Shown here: positions 38,464 through 49,700 of the stretch, one piece after another
Layout: each line of letters opens with the position of its first letter
How positions within the stretch are numbered: the stretch's first letter is position 1
From: Lepidodermella squamata
Lineage: Eukaryota > Animalia > Gastrotricha
DNA: 64,000 nt
Reading direction: 5' to 3'
Assembly (NCBI GenBank): GCA_047495785.1
Contig: JBLDXI010000046.1
Coordinates: 1,364,001-1,428,000, forward strand
The notes under the pieces: generated by a model
Told to the model about the DNA's origin: nothing
Seen by the model: the letters and a program-made list of their open reading frames with translations, nothing else
Databases searched by the model: none
Program-made: the position numbers and the translations under genes

Positions 38464-39305
38464 AGCATTGGATTGGACTTTCAAGTGTTCACACAATGTA
38501 GAATCAGACAGAAAGCACTTCACGAAGTCAAACCATAGAAAAACATTGTAAATGCATAAGTAATTAGTGACAGGAAATAAAACAGTCGAGCGAAGCGAGC
38601 AAAAAGTTTTGCTATTTGCTCTCTGAAAAAGCCGAAAATAAAAACCCTCTAACCTATGAAACTACTATCAAGTGGGGAAATGGCCTTTCAGACTGAGTTA
38701 GCTCAAAGACCTCGCGTGTGCCAATGCGCATGCGTGTGAAACCGATCTTCCGAAATGCGCCAATGCGCACGGGTGCGCCAGCGAACCGCTGGTTTTCATG
38801 GCTTTTAAGATCAACTGCCCTTTTTATGTTTATCTGCATCTATTTTTAACGAAATTGGGTTCAACTCAATCTCAATCTTACGTTGATTTCACCCAATTTT
38901 ATATGTTACTATCTTTTTCTATATCAATGTTCCGGGGAGACGCATGTGAGTTTACCTATGAAGTATGAAGGCAGTGCCATCGAATCTATAAAAGGCTTCA
39001 ACGCAACAGCTAAAAGCTTTACAACTATTTTATTTGTTTTCAGAAAACTCTGGGGCTATTCAACTAATTACTATTATTAGCTTAATCTCACACCAGCGGA
39101 TGCGAGTGCTCAATAACTTTTATCACCTTAAAATTCGAGGGCATAAATTATAATGAATAATCGAAATTTTCAGCATGTAAGCTTTATTAGCATTGCATTG
39201 TTGATCAAACTTGTTCATTAGCTCGTCTATAGGAAATCAGCTTAACCTTATTAATCAAAGCACATTATCCTGCATTCTGCCGTTGTTCAGCAGTAATGAA
39301 AGAAA

Positions 39306-40463
39306 TTAGCGACCAGCAGCCGCGGTGGTTGAACCAACCATCTTAGTACAGCTGTTAGCAGCGTCGGCACCAGCAGCTTGGCAGGCGGCCAAGTTGGTCC
39401 ATGCATTGCCACCGTTAAGAATGGTAGACTCACCAGTCAAGCAGGTCGAAGTAACTGCCGATACGCGGCAACCGCAGTTGCTGGTGGTGGTATCCTTGCA
39501 GAGAATGTATTGTTGCTAAAAAATGAAAAAAGCTGTTACAACTGCAAATGATGAGCTGTTAATCTTCCTTACAGCAGCCAAGTCAGTCCTGCATGATTGG
39601 TATGCAGTTGCAACGGCGGCTGTGACGTTACTCGTTGAAAAGTCGACTGATGCTTTGTACGGGCCGAGAGTGGTTATGCGCGTCATGCCGCCCGGGCACT
39701 GGGTAAAGTCAGGGAAGCAGTCCGCTTTCTTAGCGTTTATGTTGTTCGGGGCACAGGCAATGTATGCGTAGTAGAATGCACAGTCGCTAAGCTTGCTGAA
39801 GGTGGACGTGCCGAGTGTAACCTGCTGCTCCTTACCGTCAGAGTTTGCATCGCAGGAAACGCGACAGCGGGGCAGGAACATTTTGCCGGCTGGCGGCAGA
39901 CTGCTGCTCGCCCCGGCAACTGTAGGAGGCGTGGGAACGCAGCGCATGAACGTCTTGGTCGTAATATCCCCACACTGCTTGATCCAGAAACGGAGAGCCT
40001 CGCTGGTCGGCTGGCTCCACAGGTAACGCAAGCCGAACAGGCTGTTGGTGTTGTTAGGGCAGGTCTCTGATCCGAGGTTCGAGTAGGCGCCGCATTTGAA
40101 GTTTATTGTTGAGTAATTGCGACTGAAGCAAACCATCTCGTTTTTAGCAACTGTCTGGCGAGGATATGGCCGCTCACATCCAAAGTCGTTGATGCCATCT
40201 CGTACTGGGTTTTTCGGATCGCTGCCGTCTGTTCCAGCGCCGTAGCCAGTGTCGTTGAGATACTGGTCGTTGTCCTGGCCTGGAATAGCAGGAATGTCTT
40301 GTCCAAGCGGGCGATGGGAAGCCAAGTCGTTGTCAGTTTCTGGCGGGAGAGTAGCACCTGGCGCCAGAGCCTTGTAGCTTCGTTCGGGTGATGTGCTGCA
40401 CGAGAGGACGCACTGGCCGAAAAGTGCGATCGCAGCAGCAGTCGGGACCAATAGCTTGAACAT
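39306..40463 (-). CDS. Unknown secreted Cys-rich protein, family member D
   Basis: Exons 40463-39573 and 39515-39306; TATA box (CTATATAAA) at ~40511-40519; close paralog of C; ends STTAAAGR. Confidence 0.85.
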
Positions 40464-41893
40464 CTTTGTAAATTTATTGAATGAGAATACTGTTCGTTAA
40501 AGTTTTCTGGTTTATATAGGCGATGCCCGCATGCGTAGGCTTTTGAGATTTTGTTGGATCAGCATTCAAGTTAGCTTTCCTTTTTGGCGCCTTTCTCAAT
40601 AGGCTAGGCAACAATCATAACAATCATAACAGCGAGTAACAAAAACAATGAGCACGCCGCCCACTGATCTGCTTTCAGCATCATTGTTTGCTAGTTCACC
40701 ACTCGAGCTAGAAGCAATAATTAAGCATCATGAGAAAATTATTCCCAGGTTTTTTACTCGGATTCAATAGAGAACATGAGACGATTAATCTCATGTTATC
40801 CCCCTCGTTGGCGTTACACCATGCAATCGGCTTGCGAAGAAAAGCCGCTTTTCCTCCGAAGTTTTTTGCCTGCGAACAATAGCGAAACTCGAACAAGCAA
40901 CGCGTGTACTGCGTCCTGCGCACTTAACGCCCTCGACCCGCCTCAGAGAATTTACTAAAACCACTGATCTTCAGTAATCATATCACATACAATATCATGG
41001 TCATTGTCGTAGGCAATTTTGGCATTCGCGACACCGTTGTTGTTGTACTGGTTAACGCCCCCAGTTCACGAGTTTTTTAGCTAGGTGTTTTCTTACTAAA
41101 AGCTTGGCATGACCTTATTCTCTTGTGACGCCTGCGGATTAATATAGCTGGTATAGCTGAGTTTGTTTTCCGTTTTCACTTCAAGCCAAAACACGTGATG
41201 TCCGCCTCGAATATCTCACCTTCAGTCGTTAGATCAGCTTAGGATCCGTTTTTTCACAGCCTCGCTAACCTTCTCGCAAACATGAGCGATCTCAGAACCG
41301 GGCCGCCGAGACGCCCGTGCGCGAAAGGATTACTTCAATCCGATTGCTTTCTCTTAAATTCTCAAGATTATTTATTAAAAACAAAGCACCATAGCAGTAA
41401 GTTTGGCCAAATTACTGGGGCATTAGGGTTTTGCAATAATAGCTGACACCCACTGCACAAAACGTCATTCTAATTGTAATTTTTCACACAGCCTGATGAG
41501 AGGTGTTTTCGCATTTTTAAGCTTTTTGTTAAGGCTGCGATCTAGAAAAGGCTTTTTCATTGTTGTTTTTCATTGTTATTATTCAGCACCGGCAGCTTTA
41601 TACTGAATTGCACCCACGCTTAAAAAAAGGTTTTACGTTACCCGCTAATACATGTCAAAATTTCAAAAAGTCAAAACTAGTTACCGAAAATTCCAGCAAA
41701 GGGTTTACCTGTGCAATAAGAAATGAAATAAGTATCTAACAAATAATATGAACAATTTGTCGTATAATTCCACGATGCGACGAGCTTATTGGCTTATCGG
41801 GAATTACTGTGAAAAATATTGGTATTTTGCCGTCAGTTTATTATTCGTCCAATCAGTCCTATGAAAATATCGAACTTCTAAGATTGATTGAAT

Positions 41894-44641
41894 TTAAAAT
41901 GAAGTGGTTTTCTGTGTTTCATTTCCTTCCACGATTTCTGCAGGTTCATCGGCGGGAGTTAGTTCAAGGCGAGTTGCAACCTCGTGAATCTGCTTGGGAG
42001 CTTTCGCGTCGTTCTGTTGGTCCGATTTGCAACCGCAGTAATTTCGAACAGCTTCAGTCCACCGTAAGCACCGAGCATTAACAATACCTGGTTTGAACCG
42101 TTTCGGATCATCGCATCCTAAAACAACAATTTTGCAGTGGAAAATTCATTTTGATTTGCCTCAACAAACCGAAGATTGGAGTAAGAAGCAATGCTACAAT
42201 TATGGTTCCCAGTAGTCCTGTCACGCTGTAGTACATGTAGCTTACGCTGTAAAATCGCTCCCAGTCGTCCCTGCGATTCATTTCTACACGTAAACTAAAA
42301 TTAGACTAAGTATTTTCAAAATTTACATGGCATCGAAGTCAACAGGTTTCGTTGGGGAAAATGTTCGGTTTACAGGGTCAATATTCTGGCACCCTTCAGT
42401 TGATTTCTGCAGCGCATTGTAATTTTGAGGAGCGACAAATATGTTTCCGAGAGTTAGCCATATGTTTAGACCCAAGCTAACAAGAACTCCGACCATGGCG
42501 GACTGGAAATTAGGATTTCATAATCGGGCCAGCTATAACCTTATCAAACAAACCTGCCACTTTATGAACGGTAGATAGATTCCAGCTACGAAAACGCCGA
42601 AAACCGGGCCTCCAAACGCGGAAGTCAACCCAAGGGCTGCATCAAGTATTCCTGGTACTTGTTGAACAATCAGAATGAGGAGTATCGTTATAACACCGAA
42701 AAATAGAGCTGTTAATATGTGAATTTGTGCAAGTCTTAGTTTCTGAAGATGAAAAAATTGTTACTAAATAGTCGCGTCCATCTGGCTTGCGCTTTTTCGG
42801 TAACGCGGTACTTATCGAACCATAAGTCTTGCGCGAAATCTCTGACTGTGACTGCCCCAAGCCCATTAAGCCCTGAACTGATGGTTGAGAGTGCTCCAGA
42901 AAATAGCATAGCAACAAATAAGCCAGGGAACCCGGGCAGGTCCTCTGATAGTACGTCCATCACGTAAAGAGGCATCAACTGATCCCGTTTCACAATTCGA
43001 TCGCTCACTATCGGATCACAGTGCTGATATCTCGCATACAAAACGATCCCGCACAACCCAGGCAGTAGCATGAACAATAGAAGGCCGGGAATGTTGAGCC
43101 AATACGACCTTGAAATTATCAATTATTAAAATTATTGTTGATTAAAAGATGAATCCATACAGTTGAGCCTGCTTTAGCGTTCTAGCAGATAGGGCGCGTT
43201 GAATCTGAGCTTGGTTTATGCAGTACGTGAAACCCCAGTTGACAGTTCCGCCAAGGACTAATGCCCAGAATGTATGCCGCTTGAGGGGATTAATGTCGAA
43301 ATCCCAAAACTCGATTCGTTCGCCCCGCTCAGCGATAGTCCAAGCCCGCTCGAATAATCCACCTTCGCGAATGGATCCTTGAATTAGAACTGCAAGCAAT
43401 CCTGCCACCATCAGAAACACCTGGAAGACGTCAGTCCACACAGCCGATCTTAAACCTCCCTGTAAAAAAGTAATGCGAGCTTGGGTAATTATTTTTGTGA
43501 TATATCGAACCAATGAAGTGTAAAGGATACAAATCGCAGAGCTAGCTACAGCGCTTATCCACATATTCAGCCCAGTGACCGCTTCCAAAGCAATTGATGG
43601 GGCGTATACCACCATGGCCATATAAATCGTCATGTGTATGATGTAGATAACTGCGCTGACTCTGCGCAAAGAAATCGAAAACCGAGCCTCCAAATACTCA
43701 TAAACGCTGGTAACTCCAAGATTGTAGAAGAAGGGCATGAAGACATGAGCAGCAAATGGCATAAGCAAGAAGTATGATAATCTTCAAAAGTTATGACGTA
43801 ATCAAATGCTAATTAACGCTGAAATGTTTCACGTACCCAACAATCAAATATTGCGTTCCTAATAAAATATGAACAATTAAGCCTTGGTTAGATACATTTA
43901 GCAAACTTACCGTGCGTGTAGATTTCAGATGGAGTTCCAATTAGAGTGATGGCTGACATGAAGCTAGAAATAAGTGACAGCGTCAACGGCGCAACGTGCA
44001 TGGAGCGGCTGGCAAGCAAAAAATCAGCCGTTGTTGGATCTGTGTGGACTCTACGTTGCTTGAACCACGCGAAAGCGGCAAAGCCCACTCCAATTATACA
44101 TGAAATAGCAAGAAACAAGGCAAATATCGCATAATCGATTTCAGAAAAAGTTTTCTGGCCCAGCACTGTGCAAAATTTATTTATTAACTATTGTTATAAA
44201 TAAATTCTCGTACCTGTCTCGACCAAATTGAAAACTGTGTTCACCGTTTGACTTGTTCCGCTACATTTCGCTGAGAATGTATATGAGATAAAGTGTTGGG
44301 GCTGTGTGCTATCGACAGAAAACGTCAGCGCGGTAGAATTGGCCTATGCATGTTTCATCAGCGCTTTCAACTTTCGAATATAATCTTGCATACATAAAAA
44401 TGGGTTTGATCATAAACGTCTCCAGAAGACAGCGATCTTGCTTTAGGATTCACCGCTACATCATCGAAATAAAGCAGCGGATCAACCAACTCAGCACCCG
44501 CAGTGGCGCAGGATGTCGTGAATCTTTTGTTCCTGGCCGTATAATAAAATCGGCCACAGTCGATTGAGCAAGCTGCAAAAAAATATTCGTCAGACAACAA
44601 TTTCTATGTTTGACCGGTGACAGATTCTAACCTGCTGTCAT
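41894..44641 (-). CDS. Sodium:solute symporter, SLC5A (SMCT/SMVT/NIS-like)
   Basis: Motifs DFLLASR, SFMSAITLIGTPSEIYTHG, TSVYEYLEARF, GGLRSAVWTDVFQ, NQAQIQR, DQLMPLYV and SGALSTISSGLN; C-terminal TTSF (class I PDZ-ligand-like). The 5' exons upstream of 44168 are inferred. Confidence 0.9.
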
Positions 44642-46722
44642 TTCTGAACAAAACTTTCATATAGTTCCACCTCGATTCTGAGAGACTGGGCAGTGCAGCT
44701 GAGTTGACACTTGACTTATTATCGCCACAACGTTATCGCGTAACAGAAAGCGGTATTCTTTGCGGAGAGTTTTTTTATCATTTCTTTGTATCGCCGACAG
44801 TGACTTTAGCATACTGATGCTTATCACCACTATGAATCAATGAATCGCGTTATACTATCAATCGCTTCCTTCATGATCAATGATACCACAACCTAATGAT
44901 ACTGATTTCTGAGATCACATAAAAACCAAGTAATGTTGCTAGTCCCAACTTGAATTACAGTCTGTTTGATGCGATGTGCAACTATCTTCGGTTTTAATAT
45001 TTTCCCAAAAACAGGCAGCGGTGGTTTGAGACATTTACAAGATTAACATCGCATATAAACCCGCCTATATCGTACATTGGATATTTCTTAAGAATCGATT
45101 GGATATTTCTTAAAAATAAATAATTTTCTGCCCACAAAAATGTCGGCTGACAACTCTTTCGCGTTGAAGTCATCCAAACTTTGCGCGTTTCGCATGGATC
45201 GGAGACTGCAGGCGTTTCTTTGTGATCTTTTACTGGGCATTTTCGTGGCTTTGAAGAGCAACCTTCATCCAGCCCCAGTTTCGGTCGAATCCAGAACAAA
45301 TGAGCATCAACTCGATTTCCGCTTCATCTACAAAAGCATATTTCTGACGAACGATATTGACTCATTGCTGTTATAATGATGGAAAAAACAGCAGCTAATA
45401 GAGAGGATCGAGCATAATAAAGAGGAAACCGGTGAAAATTTTCCGTTGCCGAAATCAATGCTGGTCAGTAACTAACAAAGCAGCAAGGGACACGGCACAC
45501 GAAGGTCGAACAGCCAGATTGCAAAATAATAACCTGCAGCGATTGTTGTGCATTAATGTCATAAATATTATCGATTAATTTTATTTCATGAATTTAATTT
45601 TCGGTTTTATTTTTATAATAAATATGTTAAATATTTTCACAAGTTTTTCTAAATTATTTTCGGATTATTTACCGATCAAAAAAGCCAAAACGATAAGAAA
45701 AGTGACTGTTACTTTTACAGGTAAACGGGTTGGCTCCCATTTGGCACCGTCTACCGTTTGGCCCAACACTCTGCTGGACATCTTCCCGTCGCTAAACCTA
45801 GTTGAATCTCGAGTCCTAATATGTGTATCCTAATAAATCTTGCTAGAATCATGTATCATGTTGTTTAATATACTTTATACTTATCCATATCCCAGAGGCG
45901 TGATTAACTCAACGGTTCATGGTATGTAATATGCTGAACGTAGAATCCATATAATTTGATGACAGAAAGGTGTGAGTGCATCGCTGCTCCAACTTACAAC
46001 CCACAGTTCACAGTTCAGTTCTACAACTTCTGAGCGCTTAGGGGTCACTAATTCAAATCTTGGAAGTGCTTAATGATTAACAAGTAAAGCGCGTGAGATA
46101 TTTTTTACAAGCAGGATATAAGATCAGCTTGGGCAGTTTTGCCTAGCAGTTCTTTGCAATAAGTATGCAATTCGTGACTGGTGCTTTTAATTCACCCTGG
46201 GCTTTTCGGTGGCGAATTCAATCTGACCTTGGTTGGCTTTAACTCATAACCGTGCTTCTTAGCCATACTTGAATGCTAAATGCTATAAGTAACATATCAC
46301 ATATCACCGAGGATGACATTTTATCCATCATTTCATTATGCATTATTCAGTTAGGAAATGACGCGATCCTCCATCCTCCTTTAATCTTAACCTGAATTTC
46401 TAGCTACCAATATCCAAGGTCAAGAATTCTATCTTGTCTCTGAAAATCAATTATTTTGGAAGTGCAGTTTTTGGTGTGCTGAATTTAGAGTAAAGCGTTT
46501 GTTAGTCATACCTGCTTGATTTTCAATTTTGTAGTGGATTCTTGTATCATGAGGATGGCGAATCTTCAAGGTCATATGCAGCTCTTGCATACCTAGTTTT
46601 CTGTTTGTTTGTAACACGTTTTCACGCATTGATATATCAGCAGCTTCGAAAAACACCAATTTATTAACGAAGTCATGTTTTAGATAGATATATTTAAACA
46701 ATGAGATATTGACATAATTGTG

Positions 46723-49700
46723 ATGAGTCGTGATTCAGGAGAGCTGCCGCGCAATAGCGACAGTATCAGCAACAGTCTTGATGACATTCCGAATGCTGGC
46801 GGCGGGGTTGTTGTTTCAGAGAAGGTTCAATACTTCGCCAATGCAATTTATGGCCAGCTAGAAAAGATAGTCAAGGCGTATGATGAAAACGCTGTTAAAG
46901 ATTTGATGCCTCATGTAATATCACTGCTTGAGAACCTTGATCAACTAGCGAATGAGAAACGCCAGCTCGAGGTGGATATCGAGTTGATCAAGGAGGACAA
47001 CTCTCAGTTACTGACTCAATATGAGCGAGAGAAAACAATGCGACGTGCAATTGAACAAAAATGTCTGGAGATCGAGGACTTGGCCGAGGAAGAGCGACAA
47101 GGTCTAAACGATAAAATACAGTCAATGGAGTCGATAGTCAGGATGCTGGAGCTCAAGTCGAAGAATTCAGCTGATCACGGTAAGTGTTGTGCCGGAAATG
47201 CACTGCTTTTTGAAGCACGTGTTTTCAACAGTTGCCAGGCTCGAAGAAAAGGAGTCGGAAATGAAAAAGGACTACTCGAAGCTTTACCAGAAGTATCAAG
47301 AGGTCAGTTTTCGTGTTGATTTATCGTCGTTGAGAAATCGATTTTTCACTCGCTGAGGTATTTTGTTTTGTTTACAGCTCATGCGGTCTCATATCGACAT
47401 CATGGAGCGCCGGGCGTATAACGAGTCAACTGCCGATGCAAGTCAGCCAGCCCGTTTCGACCAAACTATGCTGCGTAGGACGTCGGATGACATGTAAGTT
47501 GTGACTCGATATGATTTAAGGTGGATTGTTACATGTTTTTTTTGCGGTTTAGGAAGAGCGATGGCGATTCGCTGCCGACGGTAGACAAGGCCAACCAAAG
47601 GGTAGATCAGTATAACCCGGTTGGGTTGCATGACTTTAACAGCAACCGCAACCGTGCTTACTCTCGTGGTGGTCAACATGTTGTGTCGTTCGGTGGTGGT
47701 GGCGGGGACTATGAGCGTGACGAGAACGACGACGAGACTGACTCCTCGTCGTCGCGCCGCGCCCACCCGCCGGGATCTCACAGAGTGGCTTCTTCTTCTT
47801 CTCATAACTTTGTTCGTGATTCTACTACTTCCACTTATTACGGTGATCGCCATCAGTCTGCGGCGTTTGCTTTCATGCCTTCGTCTAATGTACGCCCACT
47901 TACTTCTCGCTTGCTTGCTTTCCACTGTAGCAAAATTAACTTTGAATGTGACCTATCAGAGTTTACTCGAAATCCAAAAAGTAGCAAAATTATCATTTGT
48001 TTCACCACCAACAAATATTTTGCATTTTTTCGACTTTTGAGGGACATATTGGCTTGAGTTTCAGGGAAAATTGCCGCAAATTTTTTATAATTTATGTGGA
48101 AGTTGGAAAATACTTTAAAATTTGTTGATTAAGGAGGATTTTTCGATATTTCCGTAATTATTTTGCCTGAATTTTTCGAGTTTTTTGCCTCTGGTTGGTC
48201 ATATCTTCGAAGCTTGTTGTTTTAAATGTCGTAAAACTCGCGATAAATTGTCCTTTTTCAACGAATTTTTATCTGTTTTCAAGGTTGCTGCGGATATGGT
48301 GTCGAAAGGCGACGGTGATGCTGGCGACGAGGTGCTACCTAGCCGGTTCGAAGAGGAGCTCAGCTTCCAGGAAGAAGACCTGTTGAACACGCCGCACCGG
48401 CGCGGCGCCGGGCGAAAAGTCGGCGACGGCGAGCAAGGTTAGTCACGTTCCCCTTTGATTGCATTCGTATTATTTGCGTCTTGGCATGCGCGTGAGTCAA
48501 TAATTACTCGAGTAGTGACCACTACTACTACCTAAGATCGCGCGGTTTGCTCAGCTTTGCGCGTGTTTTTGTTTTTGTTGTTGCATGTTTTGTTTAACCT
48601 GACGTTCGTGTTTGTTTTGTTGCCGCTACTACGAATGGATCGCGCCACTTGTTGTGTGTATCCTCCCTGCCATCATCATCACCACCATGCCTTGGATCGA
48701 CAAATTCGAAACAGACAGCAGCGAGGAGGACGGCGAAGGTGAACAAGACGATACGCTCGGTTCCACCCCGCTTGGTCTATCGCTTGGTACGTTGCCCTCT
48801 CCATTAACCAGCCACTCCTACCATTTCGTAACACTCGAGACGTGTAATAATGAAAACCGGGCTTGCATGCTCTTATCAAGTAGCGCTTTTCTATTATTAC
48901 AACTGTAGCTTATTAAATCCAGCTTATAACAAATTAGTGGCATGGCCTATTTGCATATTTGAGAGACATGAATATTTTTCAACATGTTTTTTGCTGTTTT
49001 GTTTCTTCTTTCATCATCGTCTTTCGTGGCACTACCTAATCCGCACCATCTGTGATGCCTTCTACCTACTACTACTACTACTACCACTATCAATAACCCG
49101 CCTACTAAAGGTGTCGCCGATTTCAACGCTGCAGGACGCCAGTCGACTTTCAGTAAGCTTTCCGGCCTATTTCTACACGTTATTAATCATTATTAACTTC
49201 CACCTTAATTTTTCTGATCATCTGTTGTGCTTCGATGTTTTTTGCGTTGAATGCAAATTAATTTTATTATTATTATTTCAGCTCTGTAAACTAACGTTTA
49301 CTCAACACTTTTCTTGAGCTATCGTTTGATGTGTTTTCCTGCTAAATAATATTGCTTTTCCTTGCGATTTTTCTAGGCGTTGGACGGGAATTCGACAAAC
49401 TTTTGCGGGAGAATGCAGAGCTGCTCGAAACTAAAAACGCGCTCAATGTCGTGAAAGATGACTTGATATTCCAAGTGGATGGCCTTAACAAGTAATTTTT
49501 CTTCGTATTTCATTACTGGAAGAACTTTTTTGTGAAAAAATGGAAACTTGAAATTTTTTAATTCTACTGCCTGGTATCTTTAGCTAGGTAGAAGTATTTT
49601 CACTTCTGGCTTCTGCTGGTATCGCAAAAATCACCGATTTGTAAAATCGATAATTTTTTAGCGTTGCAGGCTAAATTGTAAATTATTACCCAATAACCCA

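Noticed and set aside
44994-45540. Coding-like stretch upstream of the SLC5 gene
   Set aside because: No consistent spliced reading frame could be built on either strand.
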